A stretch of 40,357 nt of DNA from a virus (IMGVR_UViG_3300006879_000007:1-40357), one strand, 5' to 3'; shown: positions 26,975 to 35,505, numbered from the stretch's first letter. Notes: a model not told the origin generated them from the sequence alone. Program-made: numbers and translations.

Positions 26975-27670
26975 CTAATATTTATCCCTTACTAAATCAA
27001 AATATCTATTACTTAAATCCTTCCTATGGCGCCTTATTAATTTATCCATAGCTTCCACTGATTTATTTAGTGTTAATAAACCATCAATAAATTTATTTTT
27101 CTCTTTTTCCTTTAAAATATTGTTTCCCCAATCATCAAGTGACACATACTCCCAATTCAGCTCAAAAAATAGATCCAATGAAATCTTTATTGAGTGTACA
27201 GCGTTATAAGTTTCTGCATCAGTATTACTTGCTTCTTGCATAATTAATTCTAAGTCCTTATAAACCTTAATTTTATTAAAAAAAATAATTGTTTGGTCCC
27301 CAGACTTTTCAATTTTCATCTGATTTAATAAATCCTCTATCATTGCAAGAACCATATCTATTCTTCTAAACTTTTTAGGTACTTCATCAAGAAAGTTCCG
27401 TTCTTCTTGTGAAGTTAAAGTCAATCGAACCCCGATAAGAGTTAAAGCGCCTCCTATTATTGATCCCAAAAAACCACCAAAGAAACCAATCCAATCATTA
27501 TTTTGAGCAACAGAAAATCTTGGAATATCTAAAAGAATTATTCCGTTAAATATAACCGGCGGAACAATTATTAATCCCGCAAAAAGATAGATCCATCTTA
27601 AGTTTCTTTTATACCAGTTCTTAAGATCATTAAAATGACTATTCCTACTCATAATATATCTCCTTATCAA
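26975..27670 (-). CDS. AT-rich membrane-anchored hypothetical protein (moron)
   Basis: Two N-terminal TMs including 'WIGFFGGFLGSIIGGALTLIGV'; helical C-terminus; likely ATG start six codons in. Confidence 0.75.
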   Translation of the reverse strand: MIRRYIMSRNSHFNDLKNWYKRNLRWIYLFAGLIIVPPVIFNGIILLDIPRFSVAQNNDWIGFFGGFLGSIIGGALTLIGVRLTLTSQEERNFLDEVPKKFRRIDMVLAMIEDLLNQMKIEKSGDQTIIFFNKIKVYKDLELIMQEASNTDAETYNAVHSIKISLDLFFELNWEYVSLDDWGNNILKEKEKNKFIDGLLTLNKSVEAMDKLIRRHRKDLSNRYFDLVRDKY

Positions 27671-27830
27671 TTACCCATATCTTATAGAGTGTTAAACTAG
27701 CCGAAAGGCTAAACCCCTTGATACTAGTCATTCTATCACATCCCAAGAAAATGAGTTACACATTAACTTTTTGAGGATAACCAATAAGAATAAAGGACAA
27801 ATTAAAAGCCCCTCCATCGAATGGATGAGC

Positions 27831-28373
27831 TTATATCTTGAAATCCTTCATTGCTTTATTCATTGCATCTTGATCAATCCCTATATATCGTAAGGTAAAT
27901 GCCGGATCTGAATGATTAAGTATCTTTTGAAGCAAGGCTACATCACCTGTTTGTTTATACATATGATATCCGAATGTTTTTCTTAACGTATGTGTACCTA
28001 TATCAATTAAGCCAAAGTGATTTGCAGCATTACGTAGTATCTTATATGCCATGCCCCTACCAATAGGCTTATTTATCCCTTCTCTGCTTTTAAATAGGTG
28101 CTCATGATCTTCTTTGCCAATAATATATTCTTTAAATTCTCTTTGTAACTGAGGTGTCATGTCTAGGAACTTATCTTTCTTAGTTTTTACTTCGGTTATT
28201 TTGAAATATGACCTTTTAGCGTCAGATACACGTAATGGAAGGATATCTGAAATTCGTAATCCGGAATTAATGCCTGTAACAAACAACATGTAATTCCTTT
28301 CATTCTGCTCTTTTAAATAACGTTTTATTTCCCTAATCACTTCCGGATCCCTAATTGGCTGTACAAAGTTCAA
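27831..28373 (-). CDS. Short (180 aa) catalytic-domain-only tyrosine recombinase
   Basis: GLRISD, KTKK, HTLRK, NHS and RYIG: full R-K-H-R-H-Y set. Confidence 0.93.
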   Translation of the reverse strand: MNFVQPIRDPEVIREIKRYLKEQNERNYMLFVTGINSGLRISDILPLRVSDAKRSYFKITEVKTKKDKFLDMTPQLQREFKEYIIGKEDHEHLFKSREGINKPIGRGMAYKILRNAANHFGLIDIGTHTLRKTFGYHMYKQTGDVALLQKILNHSDPAFTLRYIGIDQDAMNKAMKDFKI

Positions 28374-28819
28374 GCCGGCTCGCCTCCTTCCTCATATATT
28401 TCAATACGAAGAATAAAAGCAAGTTTATAAAAGGCTCTGGCCTTAATGCGATAATATTTTCTTTCGCTATATCCCAACTCATTATAAACCTCATAATCAT
28501 AGACTTCATCTTCAATTAAATAACGGTTAATAATTACAGCACGTTCCTGATAGGCTAATCGATTAACAGCCTTTCGGATCCAAGCAATGTATTTATTTCG
28601 TCTTTCTTCTTGATCTATTTTATTTACTGCAGCTTCTTCTGTACTGGAATGGAATTGGTTATTAGGTGCTGAGGGAACGAGTTTCAGTGTTGATGTAATT
28701 TTGGGTTCATTTTCTTCCGGATCCATCAATAAGTACATTTTGTATTTTTCTAAAGCTGATTCAACTGCTACTTTTGTTTCTGTACGATTGATTGCAGGTA
28801 ATTTAAATGAAATTTGCAT
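28370..28819 (-). CDS. arpU: ArpU-family late transcriptional regulator
   Basis: 'AVNRL..QERAVI..RYL...DYEVYNELG.SERKYYRIKARAFYKLAF'. Confidence 0.9.
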   Translation of the reverse strand: MQISFKLPAINRTETKVAVESALEKYKMYLLMDPEENEPKITSTLKLVPSAPNNQFHSSTEEAAVNKIDQEERRNKYIAWIRKAVNRLAYQERAVIINRYLIEDEVYDYEVYNELGYSERKYYRIKARAFYKLAFILRIEIYEEGGEPA

Positions 28820-28823
28820 AAAC

Positions 28824-28955
28824 CTACACCCTTTCCTTTTTATTTATCCGTTCATACTCCTTAAAAAGGCTCTTTAAATAATCACTTCTTTTTATCTTTT
28901 TAATTGATCCAGTACGTTTATCCTTCCTGTATTTACTGACCTTCCACTTGTACAT
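28824..28955 (-). CDS. 43-aa basic peptide, not in the ORF track
   Basis: GGGAGGG RBS; MYKWKVSKYRKDKRTGSIKKIKRSDYLKSLFKEYERINKKERV. Confidence 0.55.
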   Translation of the reverse strand: MYKWKVSKYRKDKRTGSIKKIKRSDYLKSLFKEYERINKKERV

Positions 28956-28974
28956 CACTTTCCCTCCCGTATAT

Positions 28975-29040
28975 AAAAAAGGACAGCAAAGAGACACTTT
29001 ATAATGTCCCTACTGCTGTCCTCGGTTGTTCCGATAGACT
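28975..29040 (-). terminator. Long intrinsic terminator overlapped by an alternative upstream hairpin
   Basis: GGACAGCA...TGCTGTCC-T6; competing GTCT-A-TCGG-AACAA-CCGA-GGAC. Confidence 0.75.
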
Positions 29041-29070
29041 ATTTATTTCGTTTTATTATCGAAATGTGCA

Positions 29071-29235
29071 TTAATCATCTGTTTTTTCAAAACGTTTAAC
29101 AAAGACCTCTGCAAGTATCGCGAACCTTCTACCTTCCTGTTCACAATGCACTAAACCATCATCTTCCGCTATAACAAATAATTGTTTGCCATTTTCTTTT
29201 TTAATATACCGTCCGGGCCTTAATGGATATTCCAC
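29071..29235 (-). CDS. Small hypothetical protein
   Basis: GTG start after the AAGGAG RBS. Confidence 0.6.
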   Translation of the reverse strand: MEYPLRPGRYIKKENGKQLFVIAEDDGLVHCEQEGRRFAILAEVFVKRFEKTDD

Positions 29236-29274
29236 TGTTTTCACTCCTTCGCAATTTAATCGTACTGCGAACAA

Positions 29275-29460
29275 TTACTTAAAGGCTTTTATTAATTCGA
29301 AGTTGCGTGCAATTCTTTGAGATTCTATTTCTGTTAACACAAACTTTCGTTTATTAACGTGATCAATGATCCATACTTTTCCGCTTTCCCAATCTAACGT
29401 AGTTGTGTAAGGAGTTGCCTCATATGCCTTTATATCATTAGATTCTTTCAAAGTTTTCAC
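29275..29460 (-). CDS. Small hypothetical protein
   Basis: ORF with AAGGAG RBS; exact start uncertain. Confidence 0.6.
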   Translation of the reverse strand: MKTLKESNDIKAYEATPYTTTLDWESGKVWIIDHVNKRKFVLTEIESQRIARNFELIKAFK

Positions 29461-29477
29461 TCCTTCGCATTTTGTGT

Positions 29478-29642
29478 CTACTTCACCGTATAACTCACTT
29501 TCTCAGCATGTATCTTCCCATCCTGCCATGTAATCACATGTTCTCCAAATCCACTATCAGGCTTTGTCATTTTCTTTAGTTCCCCTTTTTTAATTACCAG
29601 CACAGCATCTTCATCCAAACTAATTTCTGTTGTTCTATTCAT
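29478..29642 (-). CDS. 54-aa DUF3954/XtrA-like protein, not in the ORF track
   Basis: AAGGAGG RBS; MNRTTEISLDEDAVLVIKKGELKKMTKPDSGFGEHVITWQDGKIHAEKVSYTVK. Confidence 0.75.
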   Translation of the reverse strand: MNRTTEISLDEDAVLVIKKGELKKMTKPDSGFGEHVITWQDGKIHAEKVSYTVK

Positions 29643-29850
29643 TGTTGGCATCCTCCTTCATTAGTTGTTGATTGAGATTCCATAAAGAATCATGAAGCGA
29701 TCCGTTTTCTTCTTTCAGCACTTTTATTTTACTTTCCTGTTGCTCCAGTTTTTCTGTTAGTTTATTATTCTCTTTAATATTTACGGTTGCTATGACGGAT
29801 AGCAAAATGATTACTGCTATGATAATAGAGTTCAAAATAAATTTCTTCAT
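29635..29850 (-). CDS. Signal/TM plus coiled-coil small protein
   Basis: MKKFILNSIIIAVIILL N-terminus after GAGGTG. Confidence 0.7.
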   Translation of the reverse strand: MKKFILNSIIIAVIILLSVIATVNIKENNKLTEKLEQQESKIKVLKEENGSLHDSLWNLNQQLMKEDANNE

Positions 29851-29860
29851 TACAGACACC

Positions 29861-30475
29861 TCAATATCCAGTATTCTGTCGTTCATGATTGATCTTATTT
29901 TTATCCATGTAAGCTTGTTCTATTTGCTCCCAGGTGAAACCTAGCATTTCGCCCAGACCAATAAAATAGGCAATTAAGTTTTCGTAGGATTCAATGCCAA
30001 CATCACCACTTACCCTTTTTAAAAATTGAATGTTATACGCTTTACCTTGTAATTCGATGAATTGATTAACGGTTATTTTTTCTTGAACAACCCAAACCTC
30101 TGCGTCTGCATAGTTTAGTTCCAACCCAATACTCAATATAAAATGCAGACAGTCTACATATTCTTCTAGGAGTGGATTCTTTACTATTTCACCATCTTCA
30201 CAGTAAGGGCAATCTTCCCATTCCATAGTTTCATCATCGTAAAATTCATTTCCGGTTCCACTGCAATGAAGACAAATTCCTGTGCTCACTTCTGTTCGCG
30301 GCTCTTTATCCGCACTCCAAAACTTAAACCAGCGCCATTCATTAGCCAATTCACCCAACTCAACCTGCAACGCTAATATCTTTTCCGCCAGCAAATCCTG
30401 CCCTTGTAATACATGTTCTTCAACAATTCTTTTGTCTAGTTGTTCTTGTATGGAAAATAACTTTGATAAATTCAT
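29861..30475 (-). CDS. dut: Dimeric (all-alpha) dUTPase with a Cys-rich insert
   Basis: 'VELGELANEW..FKFWS', 'LEEYVDCLHF', 'KNKINHERQ'. Confidence 0.9.
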   Translation of the reverse strand: MNLSKLFSIQEQLDKRIVEEHVLQGQDLLAEKILALQVELGELANEWRWFKFWSADKEPRTEVSTGICLHCSGTGNEFYDDETMEWEDCPYCEDGEIVKNPLLEEYVDCLHFILSIGLELNYADAEVWVVQEKITVNQFIELQGKAYNIQFLKRVSGDVGIESYENLIAYFIGLGEMLGFTWEQIEQAYMDKNKINHERQNTGY

Positions 30476-30600
30476 TTGGCACCACTCCCATTCAAAATAT
30501 CATCGATTAATTCCAACTTCTCATTCGCTTTGTCTATTTCACGGTTGTTCATGTGTTCCTGTACTTCTCCGATCAAGACCAAGGCATATTCATAAGTCAT
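30472..30600 (-). CDS. 42-aa hypothetical protein, not in the ORF track
   Basis: GGAGG RBS and ATGA overlaps at both ends. Confidence 0.65.
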   Translation of the reverse strand: MTYEYALVLIGEVQEHMNNREIDKANEKLELIDDILNGSGAK

Positions 30601-30968
30601 TGTTCAACCTCCTTGAGTGCTTGAATAGCTGCTAATGCTTCATTTATGTTGTAATTGACGTAAAAATCACGATTATTAACGTAACCTTTAATCGCTCTTA
30701 GCAAAGATTGTTGCACACTTTCCAAAGCCTGTTTGTAGCGATAGTTTGTATTTTCTAATTCAGCAAGTAAGCCTATGTTATCCGCCTTCTGGCAATAATC
30801 TTTTATTTGTTTATTTTCCTTTTGCAACCGCTCAACTTCCGTTCTTAACTTCCCAAACTGACTACCTAATGTGGCTGCTCCGCCATAGTCCATGTTAGTG
30901 GTTTCAATGACTTTCTTAACTGGAATCCACGCTTTATGAAAATCTTCTTCTAACCATTGGTTAATCAC
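30597..30968 (-). CDS. Hypothetical coiled-coil protein
   Basis: GTG start after GGAGG. Confidence 0.65.
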   Translation of the reverse strand: MINQWLEEDFHKAWIPVKKVIETTNMDYGGAATLGSQFGKLRTEVERLQKENKQIKDYCQKADNIGLLAELENTNYRYKQALESVQQSLLRAIKGYVNNRDFYVNYNINEALAAIQALKEVEQ

Positions 30969-31152
30969 CCTCGTACCTCCTAAGCAATGTGCGCTGCCGT
31001 TGTATTTTCTTCCGTAATTTACGATTATCTGATTCAAGCATTTTGTTATGGTTCAATGTTATTTTAATTGGTTTTTCAACTTTCGAGATACTGACTGTTT
31101 TCTGATTTTCTAAAATGTATTCTAAATACTGAAGCGCTTGTTTTGGTTTCAT
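30961..31152 (-). CDS. Hypothetical basic protein
   Basis: ORF with AGGGTGG RBS. Confidence 0.65.
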   Translation of the reverse strand: MKPKQALQYLEYILENQKTVSISKVEKPIKITLNHNKMLESDNRKLRKKIQRQRTLLRRYEGD

Positions 31153-31219
31153 CCGTTACCACCCTTTGGAACAAGTAATAACTCACCTTTTGAGAAGGCT
31201 TTTTCTTCAGTCTGCGTAT

Positions 31220-31645
31220 TCATTCCCCATGCTCCCTCTTATGTTTAGCGATTCTTGCATCTGCATATTCCCTGCCTGTCCAATGAGTTAATTCTTCTAA
31301 ATAGAACGGTGTTTCACAACGTGGGCAATTCGGTAACATCTTTTTACCCCTGTAATCCTTTTCTAATTTCCTGATCACTTTCAGCCATGGTTTATAATTA
31401 GAAAGCTCTTTTGCTTGTTCACTCATACGAATTAACTTTTTATTGTCCCTTTTCATTTTATATGCAAAATCCATTAGAGCATCGAACGGATCAACTAATG
31501 CTCCGCACTGTTCACAGTAAACTTGCCTGTTTTCGTGGTTTAATATACGCCTAGCGTTTTGGCATTTACACACTTTACCGGCATTACGGTCGATTCGCAG
31601 ATCCATTAGTTGAATCAACTCGCCTTTTTCAGGAATATCACTCAT
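31220..31645 (-). CDS. Cys-rich (zinc-binding) hypothetical protein
   Basis: CKC, CEQCG and CPRC motifs; ATG after AAGGGG. Confidence 0.75.
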   Translation of the reverse strand: MSDIPEKGELIQLMDLRIDRNAGKVCKCQNARRILNHENRQVYCEQCGALVDPFDALMDFAYKMKRDNKKLIRMSEQAKELSNYKPWLKVIRKLEKDYRGKKMLPNCPRCETPFYLEELTHWTGREYADARIAKHKREHGE

Positions 31646-31674
31646 CTCAAATCCCCTTATAATTCGCACTTATA

Positions 31675-31965
31675 TCAAAAAAAACTTAATTGTTCACTAG
31701 TCTTCTTACTTAGCAAATAATCTGTGCTAACACCGAAAAAATGAGCAAGCTTTCGAAGTGTTACAATATCAACTATGTCGCCATCTTCCCACGCTGCTAT
31801 ACACCAGTGCCACCACCCAATATGATCGCTTAATTGTTTAACTGTTAATCCTTTTGCTTTACGCAACTGCTTTATTTTTCCTCCAAAAATCTTAGGGTCA
31901 TCATAATATACCGTTATATATTCACCTATATCAGGATCTTTACAATAAACCCAAGATTCTTTCAT
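31675..31965 (-). CDS. XRE-family HTH protein
   Basis: 'KIKQLRKAKGLTVKQLS...KLAHFFGVSTDYLL'. Confidence 0.85.
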   Translation of the reverse strand: MKESWVYCKDPDIGEYITVYYDDPKIFGGKIKQLRKAKGLTVKQLSDHIGWWHWCIAAWEDGDIVDIVTLRKLAHFFGVSTDYLLSKKTSEQLSFF

Positions 31966-31989
31966 ACCATCACTCCTTCGCTTTTTGCG

Positions 31990-32223
31990 TCATTCACTCA
32001 ACATCTTTTCTCCTAATAAATCACAAATAAATTCATAGCACCTGCCCAAATCACTAAAGCATTCATGGATATCAATGGTGCTTACCTCATATAAGCCAAA
32101 GACATTAAAGCGCACTTCAGCATCTTCTACTGCTGCTGAATCTCCTTTATTTAACTGCATGAGCTTCTGATATACCGGGTCATTATTATTGCCAAGGTAA
32201 TCATAGATTGTATTTTGTTCCAT
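31990..32223 (-). CDS. Hypothetical protein
   Basis: ATG after AGGTG; co-oriented. Confidence 0.6.
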   Translation of the reverse strand: MEQNTIYDYLGNNNDPVYQKLMQLNKGDSAAVEDAEVRFNVFGLYEVSTIDIHECFSDLGRCYEFICDLLGEKMLSE

Positions 32224-32233
32224 GGAATCACAC

Positions 32234-32488
32234 CTACCATTCTGTAGAAGTCGCAATGAATGGCTGACCGGCCCAACGATCTTCTACAATGTTTTTGATT
32301 GCCACTTTACTTTCCATGCTTTCATCCGCCCAAACCCTTTTATCCAAAGGAACAACGGTAATTTCATCCGGAAAAGCTTCTTCTTCATCCATTCCGGTAA
32401 ACCACAAATAAAAAACTTTAGCCTGTTCTTCAGTCTTTGCAGCAACTGCATCATATTCATTCATTTGGAAAATCTGTACTTCACCCAT
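32234..32488 (-). CDS. Hypothetical acidic protein
   Basis: AAGGAGG RBS. Confidence 0.7.
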   Translation of the reverse strand: MGEVQIFQMNEYDAVAAKTEEQAKVFYLWFTGMDEEEAFPDEITVVPLDKRVWADESMESKVAIKNIVEDRWAGQPFIATSTEW

Positions 32489-32509
32489 ATTTCATTTCCT
32501 CCTTGTCTT

Positions 32510-32716
32510 TTAAGCCGACTTTTCCAGCTTCTTTTTGTATTCCAGCAACAATTGATTCATTCTTCTTTTGTTATTTGGTTTACAGTAAAAATTCAATTCC
32601 TTGCTGTCGTGTTCAAACGTCAAAACCTCTTTTTCAAATACCAGAAATTCGATCAGCAGAGATAATGACTCATGACTACCTGTAATGGATTCCTCATACA
32701 ATTCACGTAATATCAA
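32510..32716 (-). CDS. Hypothetical protein after the helicase
   Basis: Overlaps the dnaB stop. Confidence 0.7.
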   Translation of the reverse strand: MILRELYEESITGSHESLSLLIEFLVFEKEVLTFEHDSKELNFYCKPNNKRRMNQLLLEYKKKLEKSA

Positions 32717-33993
32717 TGCCTCATCTCCAAATCTAGAAACAGGTTAAATTCTTTCATAAATGCCAGTTCTACCGTTCCAACCGGTCCATTTCGTTGCTTG
32801 GCAATAATCACTTCGATGATGTTCTGCTTTTCAGATTCCGCATCGTAATAATCATCCCGGTATAAAAATTCGATCACGTCTGCATCCTGTTCAACGCTTC
32901 CGGAATCACGTATATCCGACATCATTGGCCGTTTATCCTGTCTGCTCTCAACACCTCTTGATAGTTGTGATAAAAGGTATACAGGTACTTGTTCATCCCG
33001 TGCTAATTCTTTTAAACTCCGGGTAATCTCACCAACCTCAATCGTTTTGTTCTCAAAGCGTTTACTGGAACGCATTAATTGCAAGTAATCAATTTGAACA
33101 AGCATTGGTGTGTCAGGGGACTGTCTTCTAAGTTGTTTAACCTTTGAGCGTATGTATTCGACTGTTTGCCCCGACTTGTCATAGATGTGCATGTTCATAT
33201 TGCTCAGTTCGCCTAAAGCAGTATTAAATTTGCTCCAATCCTTGCTATCAAAAAACTGTTTAGGATTTCTCATTTTATAACCATCAATCCTGCCAATTGT
33301 TGCAAGCATTCGTTTGTTTAGCGATTGCTCACCCATTTCCAAGGAAAACATTGCAGTTATCCCACCAGCTGCACAATGATGAATAGCATGATTTAACATT
33401 TTGGCTGTTTTTCCAACGGATGGTCTTGCAGCTGAAATGATTAAATCCCCGTTTTGGAAGCCATTTAAGAAATTGTTTAAATCCCTAAATCCAGTATCTA
33501 AACCACTTAGCCCTTTTTCCTGCTGTTCAATGTCCTGGTAAAGATTTTGCAACGAGGCTGCATGATCATAGTCCGGATCATTATTTACCAGTTCTAACTC
33601 CGCAAATTCGTTCATAGCATGAGATAGGTCGTCCAAACTATGAATCTCTTTTTCCTGTATCTTCTTTGCTTCCCTGAGTTTCCAAGCATCATAGATATAT
33701 TTTTCATAGGTTTTAAAAGGTTCCAGGCTGGCAATGCTTTTAATCAGTTGGGCTAAATATGGCTTACCACCTACACTCAACAAGTCAGCCTGATCCATCG
33801 TTGTAATCACTGTTACAAGATCTATTGGCTCATTATTTTGTTCAATTTTCCGTAATGTTTTGAACAAAATTTGGTTCGACCTATCGAAAAAATACTTTTC
33901 TTGCAAAGTAGTTTCTTTGATGAGTTCACCTTTGTTTAGTATGCAACCAAGCAAAGCTTGTTCAGCTTCCAGGTTTATAACCAATGGCCTCAC
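32713..33993 (-). CDS. dnaB: Replicative DnaB-type helicase
   Basis: 'AARPSVGKT', 'SLEM', 'IDYLQL', 'SQLSR', 'SGSVEQDAD', 'KQRNGP'. Confidence 0.96.
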   Translation of the reverse strand: MRPLVINLEAEQALLGCILNKGELIKETTLQEKYFFDRSNQILFKTLRKIEQNNEPIDLVTVITTMDQADLLSVGGKPYLAQLIKSIASLEPFKTYEKYIYDAWKLREAKKIQEKEIHSLDDLSHAMNEFAELELVNNDPDYDHAASLQNLYQDIEQQEKGLSGLDTGFRDLNNFLNGFQNGDLIISAARPSVGKTAKMLNHAIHHCAAGGITAMFSLEMGEQSLNKRMLATIGRIDGYKMRNPKQFFDSKDWSKFNTALGELSNMNMHIYDKSGQTVEYIRSKVKQLRRQSPDTPMLVQIDYLQLMRSSKRFENKTIEVGEITRSLKELARDEQVPVYLLSQLSRGVESRQDKRPMMSDIRDSGSVEQDADVIEFLYRDDYYDAESEKQNIIEVIIAKQRNGPVGTVELAFMKEFNLFLDLEMRH

Positions 33994-34240
33994 CCTTCCA
34001 CTTCTCTAATTTCTTTAAAAAATCACTTGTATGAGCTTCCTTTTTCACTTCCCGCAAGTCAGATAAGCTTGGTGGAAATTTATTCTCGAGCGCATAACTT
34101 TTAGCATTCCTCATTACCGTTGCTGGATCCTGATCTTTCAGCAACATGGACCATGTATTGATCTTCCTCTGATCAAAATCAAAAGCTGGATAAGCATCGC
34201 TAAGAAGTTGTAGTATTTCATAGACTTTTTCACGATTCAT
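33962..34240 (-). CDS. G39P-like helicase loader/inhibitor
   Basis: 'AYP.F...W..LL.D...KFPPSLSD'; between initiator and helicase. Confidence 0.8.
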   Translation of the reverse strand: MNREKVYEILQLLSDAYPAFDFDQRKINTWSMLLKDQDPATVMRNAKSYALENKFPPSLSDLREVKKEAHTSDFLKKLEKWKGEAIGYKPGS

Positions 34241-35043
34241 GACAGATCAAAGTCCTCCTTGCTTTTAGACTTACTTTTTGCCTTGGATCCCAAATTAGGG
34301 GTACTGTTGGCAAAGTTGCTTAAAGGCTCTGCCTCGTCAATGAACTTGCGAACGTCCTTGTCCCGCATAAGATCTGCTAACGGGTACTTATGTGTAAACC
34401 AGTGATTCTTGCTGAAATATACTTCAGCATAGTTATCAATCACTTGTATTAACTGCTCATAGGAATAATCTCTTAATCTAGCATTTATCGCCGATCTGAT
34501 AGGATTGGTTATTTTATTATGTTTAATAATATTTTTAGATACATAGTGATCGAACAGATCACGGACAGTATATTCTTCTTCTTCTTCTTCTTTTTCTTTA
34601 TATTGTGGGCTTGTCGTGCACGTTTCGTGCCACGTATCGTATAAATCCTTTATACTTTGGTTCTGAACGTTCGCCCCAACATACGGTATCAGTGCCTTGT
34701 CCTTTACCTCTTCAAGCTCTGATCTGACACAATCTAACATCGGCTTACCACCACGGTTTAAGTTATATTTTCCCCAGTTTTTAATTGCAAGCTCACGTGT
34801 ATCTTGATTATAAGTCACCAATTCATGATGATTAATAAATCTATCTAACAGTGAATTAATGCTTTCCAAGGAATAACCAATATCAAATGCCATTTGCTTT
34901 TTTGTAATCTGGTATATCCCTATCTGTTTCGTGTTGGAATTAGTGAGTAAATAAAGGAAAAAGAATTTATCTTCTGGTGTCATTTCTTCCACTACTTTTG
35001 GATCGTCCCAGAACTCCGTGTGTACCATTCTAAATTTAGCCAT
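34237..35043 (-). CDS. Replication initiator/replisome organiser
   Basis: 'FW.D...EDKFFFLYLLTN...GIY...IKNW.KYN' and position. Confidence 0.85.
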   Translation of the reverse strand: MAKFRMVHTEFWDDPKVVEEMTPEDKFFFLYLLTNSNTKQIGIYQITKKQMAFDIGYSLESINSLLDRFINHHELVTYNQDTRELAIKNWGKYNLNRGGKPMLDCVRSELEEVKDKALIPYVGANVQNQSIKDLYDTWHETCTTSPQYKEKEEEEEEYTVRDLFDHYVSKNIIKHNKITNPIRSAINARLRDYSYEQLIQVIDNYAEVYFSKNHWFTHKYPLADLMRDKDVRKFIDEAEPLSNFANSTPNLGSKAKSKSKSKEDFDLS

Positions 35044-35221
35044 TTTCGTCCTCCCCAGTACTGTTTATTCTTTCGCATATAGCAAATCCGTTTTCGATTC
35101 GATTTACTGTGTAATGGGGATAACGCTGTATATATTGAATTGTATTAGTTAATACTTCCTGATCAGTCTCAACATGTTCAAATACCCATTGAGGAAGTAA
35201 AACTTTATAAGGTACAAGCAT
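35036..35221 (-). CDS. Hypothetical protein
   Basis: AAGGGG RBS; overlaps the initiator start. Confidence 0.7.
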   Translation of the reverse strand: MLVPYKVLLPQWVFEHVETDQEVLTNTIQYIQRYPHYTVNRIENGFAICERINSTGEDENG

Positions 35222-35241
35222 CGTTATCCCCTTTCGTATGA

Positions 35242-35328
35242 TTGTTGTTTCAATGATTTCATGGTATAATTAATGTAAGAAAATAACGTGCTAAGTATTG
35301 CTTTGGTCGGCTACTTAGCGCTTTTTTT
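35242..35328 (+). ncRNA. Putative ~50-nt antisense small RNA unit (promoter plus terminator)
   Basis: TTGTTG-N17-TATAAT with extended TG; hairpin GTGCTAAGTA-14 nt-TACTTAGCGC-T7. Confidence 0.55.
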
Positions 35329-35505
35329 GTCTTCAAATTTAGTTACTTCTTCATCGACAATATCTAAAACATGTTTTGCGCACTCATCTCCACGTGCTAC
35401 ATAAGCTTGTAACGCTCCAAAAACAATTACTGAAATAATTCTTTGCTCAATCTCTGATAATTCTTTTGTGCGATAATAGAGTAAGTTTGCCTCTTCAAAG
35501 TTCAT
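35311..35505 (-). CDS. Hypothetical protein
   Basis: ATG after GGAGGG; shorter than the track ORF. Confidence 0.65.
   Translation of the reverse strand: MNFEEANLLYYRTKELSEIEQRIISVIVFGALQAYVARGDECAKHVLDIVDEEVTKFEDKKSAK

Noticed and set aside
29266-29273. TGTTCGCA shared between one gene-boundary motif and the attP arm
   Set aside because: Only 8 bp and absent from the other boundary copies; compatible with chance
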